Below are positions 50,966-64,000 of a stretch of 64,000 nt of DNA, in pieces. A program made the position numbers and the translations under genes. This DNA comes from Octopus vulgaris (lineage: Eukaryota): the NCBI GenBank assembly GCA_951406725.2, contig OX597824.1, positions 59,458,001 to 59,522,000 on the forward strand, read 5' to 3'. Position 1 is the first letter of the stretch. Each line of letters starts with the position of its first letter. Below the pieces are notes generated by a model. It was given only the letters and a program-made list of their open reading frames with translations. It was not told where the DNA came from and did no database searches.

Positions 50966-51331
50966 TTTATATATACATATATACAGAGAGAGAGAGAGAG
51001 GCGTACGTACACTTTGTTCTCTTATATGTAAGTACACATTTTTCAAAATCTTGTACGGCTCTATTTCTATCAGCCTTTTCACGCTTATTCGTTCATTCCA
51101 TTCTTTGTTCTTTCGTTCCATATTTCTTTGCCTTCTCTTCTTCCTCCCTTTCCCTCCACTTTTCACTTCACTGTGTCTCTGTCATTTTTTCTCGTCTCTC
51201 CTTAATTCTTCTGTTCCTCTGCTTCTAATTCTCTCTCTTCTCTTCCCACGTGGCCGTCTATCAGGATATTTTGTTGTCTCTTTTTGTATCACCTAGCTGA
51301 CCGGATGTTCTGCGTTTTTGTCCAATTTTGG

Positions 51332-51394
<63 letters not shown>

Positions 51395-51401
51395 GAAGAA
51401 A

Positions 51402-51748
51402 ATACAGTGTACATTAAAACGCATTAAGAGGTTCCATCATAGGAATCCATTACGCCAGAAAGAACAGTTAAAGTCCAAACCACTAATTAGGGATAAATTC
51501 TCGAAGGGAATGAAAAATAAAAAAACATTTACCATCTAATTTAATTCATGGACCATGTTTATATATTTTTATTTACTAAAATAAGTCAGAAACCATGGTC
51601 CAGGAATTAAATTAGATGGTAAATGTTTTTATTTTTCATTCCCTTCGAGAATTTATCCCTAATTAGTGGTTTGGATTTTAACTGTTCTTTCTAGCGTAGT
51701 GGATTCCTCTAATGGAAGCCTCTTAATGTGTTTTAATGTGCACTGTAT
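51402..51748. repeat. Fold-back insert in (TA)n
   Basis: About 160 bp inverted arms (51402-51560 / 51590-51748) with scattered mismatches. Confidence 0.92.
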
Positions 51749-52041
51749 AAATAATTGACTTTTTTTGTACACTAGGCCACTGGTTGTAATAATTTCTATA
51801 ATTTTTATAACCCTGATACATGTATATATATATATACATGTGTATATATATATATATATATATAGGTTATAAAATGAGATAGGGGTTGAGAATTCAACCC
51901 ACCATGGGATAATATATATCCAATATACTGCCAGATAGGTACCCAACAAGACTAATACATAGATGTTAAAAATTGTCAAACAATCAGTTCATCTATTGTA
52001 TTATATGGGTAAAGGTAATAATATTACCGTAAATTAATACT

Positions 52042-52314
52042 ACAAAATTAGAGAATGGAGAAACATGCTTAAATCAATAAAACATCAACTATCCGATGAT
52101 ACCCAATCAATACTTTAATACACCATTACATATGAGTAAAGGCATTCAAAATATACAGTAATAGTAAAAGTAAAAAGACAAAGAGATATAAGTATTACTG
52201 TATATTTTGAATGCCTTTACTCATATGTAATGGTGTATTAAAGTATTGATTGGGTATCATCGGATAGTTGATGTTTTATTGATTTAAGCATGTTTCTCCA
52301 TTCTCTAATTTTGT
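52042..52314. repeat. Perfect fold-back insert in (TA)n
   Basis: 122 bp arms (52042-52163 / 52193-52314) with no mismatch seen, 29 nt loop. Confidence 0.95.
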
Positions 52315-52412
<98 letters not shown>

Positions 52413-53029
52413 TATATACATATATACATATAAATATATAGATATGTATATTCTGACCTCCATACAGACACACATATACACACACATGCACACACACAGC
52501 ACCATGACAAATACCAATCACGTACATACATACACACACACCTACACACACACACCACACACAACACCAACACAATCACACACACGGTTGACAAACGGGC
52601 ACACATATACACCCACCATCCTAACAAATTTTACAAACACACACAGACACATCTATTCACACCACATATGTATATACACACACATAAAGACTCACGCACT
52701 CGCACTATTCTAACCTCTAAAGACCAATCCCCCAAATCATTGATGCTTGAAGGAGAGACAAAAAGAAATTATTTTCAGTTCCACATTACTCTTCCTTCCC
52801 CCCACCCAAACACACCTACAGTGTCCCATGAAATAGAAAATAGTCCTTTTCGATAACATCGTGGACCAGATCAGTTTGAGCTTCCCAACTACTATAATGT
52901 AAACTTTTTGTACTCATAATATTCTGTGCGTGTATGTATATACAGATACAATACTAATATTCCACTGAACTTTTTAATAATTCCTTCTGGAAACTATCTT
53001 TAACATTTTCTTGAGAATGTATATATACC

Positions 53030-55552
53030 AACGAGACAGAATAAAACGATCTTGGATCTGGTATTGACCAATCACTCTAGCTACGTTCACAGCATTTCAG
53101 TCGAAAAAACTCTCCTCTCAGACCACGACATGGTACTCTGCAATCTTAATTCCCGACATATAAAAACCAAACCAGCCAATCCCACTCCATGGCACCCATT
53201 TGACAACATAAACTTCCACAAATCGGACTGGGGAACAATCAGAAAGGATCTGTCTTCCATCGACTGGTCTTTTACTCTCAATTCCTCTCATATTGAGACC
53301 GCGTGGCAGCACTTTGAAAACATTGTCACCTATACATGCTCTAAACACGCTCCCAAGAAATCTACTAACACAAACAGAAACCGGCTCCCTAAAAAGAAAA
53401 AAAACACTCATCAGGTGCATCAAAAGACTCAACAAAAAAATCAACCAATTAAAATATTCCCACACACAACATCCACATTCAACAACAGTGAAAAGACTAG
53501 AGCTGGAAAAACTTCATCTGCAGGCTAACATGAAAACCTCCATTGAAAATCAAAGAGCTGTGGAGGAACAATGGGTAATCAAAAACATCAAACAGAACCC
53601 AAAAGTGTTCTATTCTTATGCAAATAAGCATAAAACCACTGTCTCACCCATTGGGCCATTGATTGATGATAACGGCATTCCCCAACACGATGCTAAAGAA
53701 ATGGCAGAAATACTGCAGAAACAATACTGCTCTGTCTTTAGTGTTCCCACTGATATTGACGTAAGGGAAACGAACGAAGTTGACTCCCAACACAAAATCT
53801 CAGACATAACCTTCACTGCCACCGACATCGTAGCAGCAATAAATGAGGTCAAACATTACTCTGCTGTGGGCCCTGATAGATTTCCCGCTAGTCTCCTGAA
53901 GGAATGTAGATATCAACTTGCAGTCCCTCTGACCAACCACTGGAGAAATTCGTTAGACGCAGGTTATATACCGAAACAGTTTCTATCCCAGTCGGTCATT
54001 CCGGTTTTCAAACAGGGAAACAGATCCCTCGCAGTCAACTATCGCCCAATCTCACTCACCTCCCACATCATTAAAGTGTTTGAAAGAGTGTTAAGATCAA
54101 GGATAGCTGACTTCCTGGAGACCCACAAACTCCTAAATTCAAATCAGCATGGCTTTCGCTGTGGCAGGGACTGTCTAACACAACTCTTACACCACATTGA
54201 AGATGTACTCAAAGCCTTGGGAACAGGTTCGAACTCTGACGTCATATATCTTGACTTCAGTAAAGCGTTCGACAGGGTAGACCATAACATCCTACTCTCA
54301 AAATTGGCAAATGTTGGTATCCGTGGAAAAGTTCTACACTGGATTAAGTATTTCCTGGCGAATAGAACACGACATGTTGTAGTTGTAGTTGATGGAGTCC
54401 ACTCAAACCCAGCAAAAGTCACCAGCGGTGTTCCCCAGGGAACTGTTTTGGGTCCGCTACTCTTCATAATTTACGTAAACGACCTTTCCAGTGTCGTACA
54501 TTACTGCAAAGTGAAAATATTAGCTGATGACACTAAGCTCCAGCAAATCGTCAATGAAGAAGCAGACCGAACTCAACTCCAGTCTGATCTATATGCTGTG
54601 AGTCAATGGGCAGACAGAAACAAAATGCAACTGAATGAGGGAAAATTTGAGCTGATGCATTTTGGAAGAAATTCCTCACTAAAACAACCATACTCTCTTC
54701 CTTCAGGGGAACCGCTCACAGCCTCTAACAATATCAGAGACCTGGGTGTAATTGTTGATGACGATCTCAGTTGGAGTGCACACATCAACAAGAAGGTCGA
54801 TATAGCTCGTAGGATGAGTTCCTTGATCTTAAGAACTTTCCGGTCCAGAGAACAAGGTGTCATCATACCACTTTTTTCCTCCTTTGTACGGCCACACCTT
54901 GAATACTGCTGCCCACTGTGGTCTCCTCACACAAGACAAAACATCTCCAGAATTGAGTCACCCCAGAGGGCTCTCACTAAACAAATTGAAGGCATGGCTG
55001 CTCTCGATTATTGGGATCGCCTTAAAGCCTTGAAACTTTACTCCCTCCAGCGTCGCCGTGAGCGGTACATCATTTGTACGATGTGGAAAATATACCGCCA
55101 ACTTTGCCCAAACGACCTAAACATTAGCTTCAAGGTTCATCCAAGACTTGGACCACGGGCTATACGTCCCCTGCCCAATTCAAGATCACAACATACATGT
55201 ACACTGCAACATAATTTCTTTTCCTCAACAGGCCCTGCCCTATTTAACATTGTCCCGAGGGAGATCAAAGAGGAAAAGGATCCCATCAACTTTAAACAGA
55301 GTCTGGATAGATTCCTTCAAAGAATACCAGATAAGCCACCCATAATTGGATACAACCCACCCAACAAGAACTCACTACTTGAACAAAACTGGATACAACT
55401 CACCCAACAAGAACTCACTACTTGAACAAAACTTGACTTAAACAAAACTTGACTTAAACAGGATTCGAATAATCCTATCAGGTGGTGCTATTAAGTTAGA
55501 CATGGCCTGGATCAATCTTTGGTCGAAACATATCTAAGTTTATCTAAGTTTA
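53030..55552 (+). mobile_element. CR1-like LINE, 5'-truncated, with a long open RT frame (53293-55425)
   Basis: DLVLTN...SDHDMV (APE end); NYRPISLTSH, QHGFR, YLDFSKAFDRVDH, SGVPQGTVLGPLLF, LADDTKL, LEYCCPLWSP; 3' tandem (ctaagtttat)2. Confidence 0.93.
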
Positions 55553-55694
55553 TGTTGTAATCTTTTGTACCCAATATTTTAATGAACTTGTTAAATTTTT
55601 TATGTTCTAAACATGTTCTTGTTACCAAAGAATGTATATATTTATTGTAGCATTTTGTGACAACCAATAATTAACACAACCAAACTTTTACATG

Positions 55695-55739
55695 TTACTT
55701 TTGACAATCTATTTCTAAAAAGTGAAACCGGTAAAGTAA
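55695..55739 (+). ncRNA. Hammerhead-like motif, U3:A8 core variant
   Basis: UUACUU-UUGACAA-(weak stem II)-GAAAC-CG-GU-A-AAGUAA; 6 bp stem I, palindromic ACCGGU. Confidence 0.55.
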
Positions 55740-55802
55740 ATAAACATCTTTTAAAATTGCATTTTCAAACCTTCTTTCACACACACACACATACATACAT
55801 AA

Positions 55803-55889
<87 letters not shown>

Positions 55890-55891
<2 letters not shown>

Positions 55892-56202
55892 CACGTATCC
55901 TATAGAAATTCAACAAACAATTAAAGATGGAGAAGAGAAGGTGTTAAAAGTTTAAAAGGTCTTTTAATCCATGTATACGATCGTTTCGAACGATAATATT
56001 AACATGGAAAAAACATGGAAAAATAAGAAATTGATTTAATTATAATTATAATTAAATTAATTTCTTATTTTTTCCATGTTCTTTCCATGTTAATATTACC
56101 GTTCGAAACGATCGTATACATGGACTAAAATTTTTTTTTAAATTTTAACACCTTCACTTCTCCATCATTAATTGTTTGTTGAGTTTCTATAGGATACGTG
56201 TT
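55890..56202. repeat. Fold-back insert between (GA)n and (CT)n arrays with a half-hammerhead in each arm
   Basis: About 155 bp diverged inverted arms centred near 56046; GAAAC-GATC-GTA at 56105-56116 and its complement near 55977-55988. Confidence 0.9.
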
Positions 56203-56329
56203 CTATAAATGCTCACAACACACTAACATTTTCATATTCGAAAAATACTTTCAATAGTAAGCTACCAATTTAATATGAAGAACTTTTATTAAAAATTGAA
56301 CTTTGCAACCCCGCAAAGTAAAGGATGAA

Positions 56330-56386
<57 letters not shown>

Positions 56387-57118
56387 CTCTCTCACACACA
56401 CACACATATATGATAAGAAAACAGAGATAATTAATAATTTATTACTTAATTAAAAATTTTTGATTAACAAATAATAATTTATTAATTACCTCTCTATTTT
56501 CTTATATTATTATAAATGAAGTTTGTAACCTTTATTTGTGTGCGTGTATATATATATATCGTCTTCGCTTAACAGCCCTCGCCTTTTGTTTTCACTGTTT
56601 TGTTCTTACTGTCCTGTTTTTGTTACCACTTTCGCCCTCTGCAGGAAAACTCAAATTTTATTTAATATGCTTTGCGGGAAGGACTGTTTTAACGAAGTCA
56701 CGTCTTGTCCCGACCTACGAAACGCGGAGTAGATAAAACAGGGGACAACTGATGGAAGAAATTTCTTTGTGTTGCCTGTCTCGTTTCTCTGTTTGTTTCT
56801 TTCTTTCCCTGTTCGAAAAGAAGTTCGTTTTCTATGTTTTTGTTTTTTATGTTCTCGTTTCTCATTTTGTCTACGTGTTTTTGATGTCCTGTACCCATAT
56901 ATGCATGTATATATACATTTATATGTAGGTATGTACATATATGTATGTATATATGCATATATTTATATATTATTTATATTATATATATATATTTATATAT
57001 TTATTTATGTATATATATTTTTTTATGTAAAGTTGTATATATATTTATTCATATATATATTTATAAAAAAGAAGTTTGAAAACGCCACTATATAAGATGA
57101 ATTTTCATTTTCTTAGAA

Positions 57119-57166
57119 ATTTTACATGCTTCGGTTCTTCTTGAAAAATCGAACCTTATCAAAAAT
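57119..57166 (-). ncRNA. Degenerate hammerhead-like motif, U3:A8 variant
   Basis: Minus strand AUUU-UUGAUAA-GGUUC(13 nt)GAACC-GAAG-CAUG-U-A-AAAU; A15.1 replaced by G; downstream tail resembles that after 55739. Confidence 0.4.
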
Positions 57167-57304
57167 ATTTTAAAAAGTTAATTGTAATAAAAAAGTTCAT
57201 AATTGTTTCTTACTAGTCTCAACAGAGTCCACGTATTGTTCTTTTGTGGTGGGGAGCATAATAGCTGTCTTGTAGTTGGGGAAATGATCAGCGGACGAAA
57301 TAGT

Positions 57305-57368
<64 letters not shown>

Positions 57369-57575
57369 ATATATATATCATCATCATCATCATCATCATC
57401 AAGGGTGCTACAAGTGGCACCAGCACTCTGAAAGCAGAACCCAGACGACGACTAGACGACTACAACTACAAACATACACCGAAACACATTAATTGAAGTC
57501 GGGGGAAAGAGCAGAATTTCAAAATTACTTACGCATGCTATACCACTTGATATTATTGTAAAAAATAATATCCTT

Positions 57576-57628
<53 letters not shown>

Positions 57629-59054
57629 TTATTTTACTTATTTTATTCATTACAACGCGGACATGCTGAGGCACTGCCTTGAAATTTTAGTCGAATAAAT
57701 GGAACTCAGAACTTATATTATATCGATGTCTTGTTCCGAACCGCTAAGGCTGTGGTTGGCTTGGGACTACAGTAGAAGACACTTGTCCTAGGTGCCATGC
57801 AGTCGCACTTAACCCAGAAGTAAGCTTCTTACCACACAATTTTTTTCCCAAACAATTGTTGCGAATTTAAACACTTTCCGTTATTTGTTATTCTAATGTC
57901 GCACCAAGGAATTGGATCATTGGTAAGTAACTGGAACTGAGAACCAACTATCAACAGTATCCAGTCGTACAATTGATGTCTACGATAATGGATTATTGCA
58001 TTGTTTGCTCTGAGTGATTCTATCTCGCCAATTGGCAGCGTCTCACACGTTGCTGTACCTCGATTCTTAACGAATCGTTAGACCAAAATTTACATACATA
58101 CACGAATATATGCATATGTATGTGTGTATATGAGTATGTTTACAGTCAGAAAGAAAGAGGAGATACAGAAAGTGCAAAGCACAAAATAATAACTTATGGG
58201 AAACTGCTACACAAGGGAACTAACTCTTAGAACCCTAATGCAAAATTTTTCATTGGAAAGCAGTTACGGGAGCGACACACATACACAGATACACACACAC
58301 ATAGATACACAGATGTGTATATACATGTTAGTATATATGTATATATTATATTTCAATGTGAGTGTGTATGTGCGTGAATATGGTGCTGTTGGCTGGAGTT
58401 TAGAGGGCAGATTATTTACACACAAACACAGAAATGCCAATCTATAGACATATTATGCATGCCAAGAAATTCAAATGTGTTTAGAGTTATTTCCCTTACA
58501 CTGCATAACTTCTTTTCATACCTACCAGCACGATTTTTCCTTCTTTCAATTGGCGTATTCTATTTGTGAGTTGCATGTGTGTGTGTGTGTGTGTGTGCGC
58601 GCGCTCGCGCGCGCGAGTGTGAGTCCGCACCACGATGTGTATGTACGTGCTTCTGTGTAAGTGTGTATGTGCGTGTTCGTACAGTCACAGATACACCTGC
58701 GCACTCAACAGACACACATATCTAACACATTTAATATTGCTTCATTCCGATTTTAAAAGCCTGTTGAGCCCTTTCCTCACCATTTAATGTTTCTTGTTTA
58801 CGTGGTGTCTGTTTTCGTTTATTCACTGACCGCTGTCATTCCATTTTTAAATCAGATTATAATTTATTCAGCTTTTGCAGTGGATATGTCAGAGTTTTGA
58901 TAAATGTACAATTTTATAAAGAACAATTAGTTGGGGATAATAATTTTATATAAGTGAAGTACAGTTTGGGTCTTTGTGAGATGTAATAGTAGATGTAACA
59001 CATATAATGCATACAATTACACAGGTATAGATATTTTTGTCTATATATCGATAC

Positions 59055-59109
<55 letters not shown>

Positions 59110-59111
<2 letters not shown>

Positions 59112-60790
59112 ATAAAACTCCCGAATGTTACTCAGATTACAGAATGGTTCGCAGTAAGGTATTTGTTGAACCATATACAAGAGGCCACCGAGATCCAGTA
59201 CACCTTTAAGAAATGATGAGCTGAACACTCTAAATACGTATTAAATCAAGAATCTACTACCGGTCCTGAAGTAATTAATGATGCCCTTCAGTGACCTAAA
59301 ATTGAGGAACTTGCAGAAGATCCTTCCTTGGATGAGCTAAGTACTGCTATTAAAAACCTTTCCAGTAGTAAATCTGGACAAGACGGTATTCCCATAGAGG
59401 TGTACAAGCATGGCGGTAGATAACTGGTAAGAAAGCTGCGCAAATTGATCTATTTGATCTGGGAAGCTGGATCTGTTCCTCCAAAAGTTCAAATATGCCT
59501 CTATAACGCACTTTAACAAATTCAAAGGGAAGAAGAGTGTATATGATAATCACAGTGGGTTAAGTTCGTTGTGCATAGCTGGAAAACTTCTTACGAGACT
59601 GATCCATAACCGCATCAACAAACATATCCAGAATCCCAATGTGGATTTCGGGCTGGGAGAGGTACAGTTGGTATGATTTTTACTCATCAGCAAGTTGAAG
59701 AGAAAACACGTGAGCAAAATACTGACTTGTACATAGTCTTTGTCGACTTGACCAAGGCCTTTGATACAATGAATCACGGGGTACTATGAAAACATTTGTC
59801 AAAAGTTGATCTTCCTGATAAGATGATACGGGTAACAGTATCTTTGCACTAAAGAATGATGGCAACAGTGATATCTAGCATTCAATGTTCAGAGGCATTC
59901 TCTGTTGCCACTGGGCTGTGTTTTATCCCCTGCACTTTTTTCCACATTCTTTTCGATGTTGGACCAACATGTTTTTAGAGGTTACTATGAAGGTGTAAAA
60001 TGTCAGTTGCGCACAGGTGTACTAAACCAAAAAAGAACAAAGTTTCAGATCAAAGAAACTAACCAAGGAAGAGATTTTAAGTGATTTTCTATTTTCTGAC
60101 GATTGCACTTTGATTTCTCATACATTTGAGAGAATTTAGGAAACAGTCGACAGGTTTATTGCAGCAACTCGTGCATTTAGACTGACTATCATCATCAAAA
60201 AGACTGAAATTTTTTCCAACCAAAGCCTGAGACATAACATGCTCAAGATTCAAATGTGATGATTGACAATAAGCCACTCACATAGGTCAGGTCATTTAAA
60301 TGTTCTGTAAGTACAGAAATCTTTAAGGAGTGCTATGGACAAAATCAATATTAGGTTATCTAAGGCTACAAGTGTTTTGGGGAAACTTTCACATTGTTTG
60401 TGGGATGAACATGATTTCTTTCGGAAAACTAAAATAAGTGTATACATATCTTGTATCATTAGCACATTTTTGTATGGGGAAGAAGCATGGGCTCCCCACT
60501 AAAGATATATAAAGAAACTTGAAACCTTTTACATGTGCTCTCTGCGCAATATCTGCAAAATAAAATGTCAAGATGTCAAATGTCAAAATCTCAGAAAAAT
60601 AAGACATTTCTTGTATCAAAAGCATGCAGACGGGTAGGACACGTTCGAAAGACGACTGCATTCCGAAAATTCTTTTGTATAGCCTACAAATAGAGGGGTA
60701 CCGCATGAAGGAAGACCCATAAGTTGAAACAATCGCTAAAATCCCGACAGGTTAATTGAACATCTTAGGAATGGGATAGAATGTATCATG
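59110..60790 (+). mobile_element. RTE-like LINE, heavily decayed
   Basis: KSGQDGIPIEVYKHGG, LYIVFVDLTKAFDT, FLFSDDCTL, LTIIIKKTE, KLETFYMCSLRNICKIK fragments with many stops. Confidence 0.75.
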
Positions 60791-61347
60791 ATGCATCAAA
60801 TCAATTTGGGCTGAAGAAACAGAACAATAAAAGAATTATACCCTGCCATCAACAGACACATTTATCCAGTCCCAGGCAAAATCAATACCATCAGTTTCCT
60901 CATTCTGGCTTCATAGCAAAATCCATACCTAGACTCAAATTGCTTTCACGTATTCATTGCTGATAGAAGCAACTTCTTTTATTTTAAAACTTTTATCTTT
61001 GTTTTTTCTTGTTTTCTTAAATCCCCTTCCCCAAACACTCGAAATCGACGGGACCAACCGTCATATTTTTATATTCAATGCTCTATCTACATTACCTTCT
61101 ATAAGACGGTGGTGTCTTTTTATGGTGTGTATTAGTGACTTTCAGTAGAAAATATGTAAAAATTAGGGTAACTCTTCGCGTAGTACAAGTTTACTAACCG
61201 TCTCTCCCAGTTTATGCATTTCATTTGAACTGTTTAGCTTGTTCTTTTTTATTGAAAAAATAACTCAAACATTATTCTCGTTATTCCTATTCTTGTTCTA
61301 TTTATTTCATTGCATCTATTTTTATTTAAATATAAATGTGTGTGTGT

Positions 61348-61384
<37 letters not shown>

Positions 61385-61852
61385 CGTGCGTACGTGAGTG
61401 TGTGTGTGTGTGTGAATTTCTGCGACTAAGCGCATAATATGAAAGAATTTGTCAAGAATATATGTTAATATTTATATGAGTGTAGGTAAATAAATATTTG
61501 TATGAAAAATGTATAGTTTGTTTCGTCTTTTGGTTTTCTTTTTAATTTTCTAAAGACAAGATCATTCTTGTTCGAAATAGCTTTCTTATTGTATCAATGA
61601 CCTTCGCCTGAAAAAGCAATACAAAAGATGACCTACCAGACTGACAAGGAATATTTTATTTGTGTCAACTCATTTAAGATCGCCACTGGTAACCCAGTAC
61701 AACTTGTTGCATTGTCGGGTAAACTGACAAACCCATTAAGCCTACTTGGTTTGTTTTTTAATCCTATTCCATAGGATAAAAAAACCTTATCAAAGGGTAG
61801 ATGAACCCAGAAGAGTTACCGACCATCTGATATGGTGGGTAGATAGATAGAT

Positions 61853-61893
<41 letters not shown>

Positions 61894-62004
61894 GAGAAGA
61901 TTGAAAGGTAGAGGAAGATTGATAGACAGGATTTATCAGAATCTAGGGCGCTAGGACAGGTTAGGTAGTATAACATTGAATTCACGGTGAGGTAAAAGCA
62001 ACCA

Positions 62005-62054
<50 letters not shown>

Positions 62055-62068
62055 CATACATACATACA

Positions 62069-62104
<36 letters not shown>

Positions 62105-62184
62105 TATATAGGAACCAAATCCAATATAAACCGTGGATCCGATCTCAGAGCTCGTTCCATTTATTTTCTTCACACACACACACA

Positions 62185-62248
<64 letters not shown>

Positions 62249-62833
62249 TATTGGGCAGGTGTTGAGGTGGACACTTAGCCAACAGGTTGTTTTCCACCAC
62301 CTCTCCACATTATAAATTCCCACATATATTGTATCCCACCACACACTACATGCACACACTCCATGAACTTCAGCAATGCATAAAAGAAAGAAAACACACT
62401 AACGAACACAGATGTGTATGCCCACACACCCTGCAAAGCTTATACCACTGCACATATTCCATTTCCACAACACCAACCTTAAGGACACACACATTTCCCA
62501 CAAACTTTTCCAGAAAACTCTTATGGACGTGCAACATAACAACCCCATTGGCGATGGTTTGGTTTCAAGGGACATAACTCAATCACCCACTAGTTTCATT
62601 TCACCCTTTTCGCAGCAACCGCAAACCGGATGTATCTATTTACTACTATCAATAGAGAGTAGTCGCCATATTTCATTCCACATCAGCTAACTTCTTTTTT
62701 GAGCGCAGGGTTATATAATCGGATTGTTATCTAACACTCCGTTGAATCCCTGGCGCGAAACCCATTGCTAAGTTCGGCCGTAATGGATATATAATACTGA
62801 ACACTTCGGATAATAGAAACATACATACATACA

Positions 62834-62864
<31 letters not shown>

Positions 62865-62928
62865 CTTACAATGGTACCTGTTACAAAACACGTGTCACTA
62901 AAGAAAATTACAGCCGAATAAAGAAAAT

Positions 62929-64000
62929 TTGGAGTCAGAACTGTCTGCTTTCAATAAAACAGTGACCCAAATCCATGTACGGTCTGTCCTCCTATCATAT
63001 CAATCCGATACGATCTTCAGATGGCAACACTCCTTGTTGAACAAGATAAATCCTACAGGAACCACACTGATTGATGAGCTCCCTCCTCTCCCTCCTCTCC
63101 CTGAGCTGGATACGAGACCCTCCCTCGTGGAAATCCGTACAGTTCTCTCCTACTTAAAAAACAGGAAATCACCTGGATCAGATGGTGTGTCGGGGGAGAT
63201 CTATAAATATGGTGGTCCTGCTCTTGTCCAGCGTCTTCATCAGAAGTAGTCAGACTGGCCACCACCCAATGTCACACGTGCTTGCTTGCCGTCATGGAAC
63301 TGGCGTAGCATGGCAAAAAGCTTAGGAGGGCATCCATACTTCTGCAGGACATTCCATAATAAAGGGCAGCTAATAGTATCAAAAGCTTTAGTTAGGTCAA
63401 TAAAGCGTCTTGATCCTTCAATGCTGGAAACACACAGACATAATCACCATCTTTAAGAAGAAGAGAGAACGCTCAGAGTGTAGCAACAGCAGAGGTATTT
63501 TACTCCTGGATGTTGCAGGGAAGGTCTTGGTACGCGTTCTGCTCTCTCGATTTCTTGGCCACTCCGTTAAAGGAATCCTCCCAGAGTCTCAATGCAATTT
63601 TAGAGCTAACCGTAGAACTATCGACATAGTCTTCGTCATCAGCCTCCTGTTAGAGAAGTGCCAAGAACAACAGCGTGATGCCTCGTTTGCCTTTATTGAC
63701 CTAACTAAAGCTTTTGATACTATTAGCTGCCCACTACTATGGAATGTCCTGCAGAGGTATGGATGCCCTCCTAAGCTTCTTGCCATACTACGCCAGTTCC
63801 ATGACGGCAAGCAAGCACGTGCGACATTGGGTGGTGATCAGTCTGACTACTTCAACATTCAAGTTGGTGTTAAACAAGGCTGTGTCCTGGTCCCTGTCCT
63901 CTTCAATTTATTTCTTGTGGTTGTGACTTTACTATCTCGCTACGACCTCAACCCCAAAGATGGCATCCCAATTTGATATCGCCATAATGGCAGTCACTTC
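62929..64000 (+). mobile_element. RTE-like LINE RT fragment with an internal inverted duplication; runs off the window
   Basis: LKNRKSPGSDGVSGEIYKYGG; SRGILLLDVAGKVL, ILPESQCNFR, FIDLTKAFDTI, GVKQGCVLVPVLFN. Confidence 0.88.

Noticed and set aside
62688-62775. GCGC(AGGG...CCCTG)GCGC-GAAAC stem resembling hammerhead stem II
   Set aside because: The upstream core reads CTTTTTTGA and there is no valid cleavage triplet; too degenerate to call

Overview
AT-rich, microsatellite-saturated animal genomic DNA. The repeat complement suggests an octopus or other coleoid cephalopod, but that is inference. One host gene is present: a + strand SLC22 / organic cation transporter-type MFS gene. I could splice nine of its coding exons in frame (4234-41327, about 518 codons); the first exon appears to lie upstream of the window. 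Almost everything else is transposon-derived: Tx1/L1-like, R4/Dong-like (in AAT arrays), CR1-like and RTE-like LINEs, GIY-YIG Penelope-like elements (in TA arrays), a Ty3/Gypsy remnant, two mariners, a Tc1 relic, a Chapaev3-type element with TTA TSDs, a Helitron helicase fragment and several tRNA-derived SINE families. The most interesting signal is a set of short non-coding inserts in (TA)n or similar arrays that are long fold-backs and/or carry minimal type I hammerhead ribozyme motifs with a palindromic stem III. Three motifs have a canonical core (26751, 38068, 49196), three have a compensatory U3:A8 core (45957, 55695, 57119) and one is degenerate (10076). The 38068 motif lies in sense orientation inside an intron of the SLC22 gene. 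All structures were read by eye; no folding, search or activity data were available.
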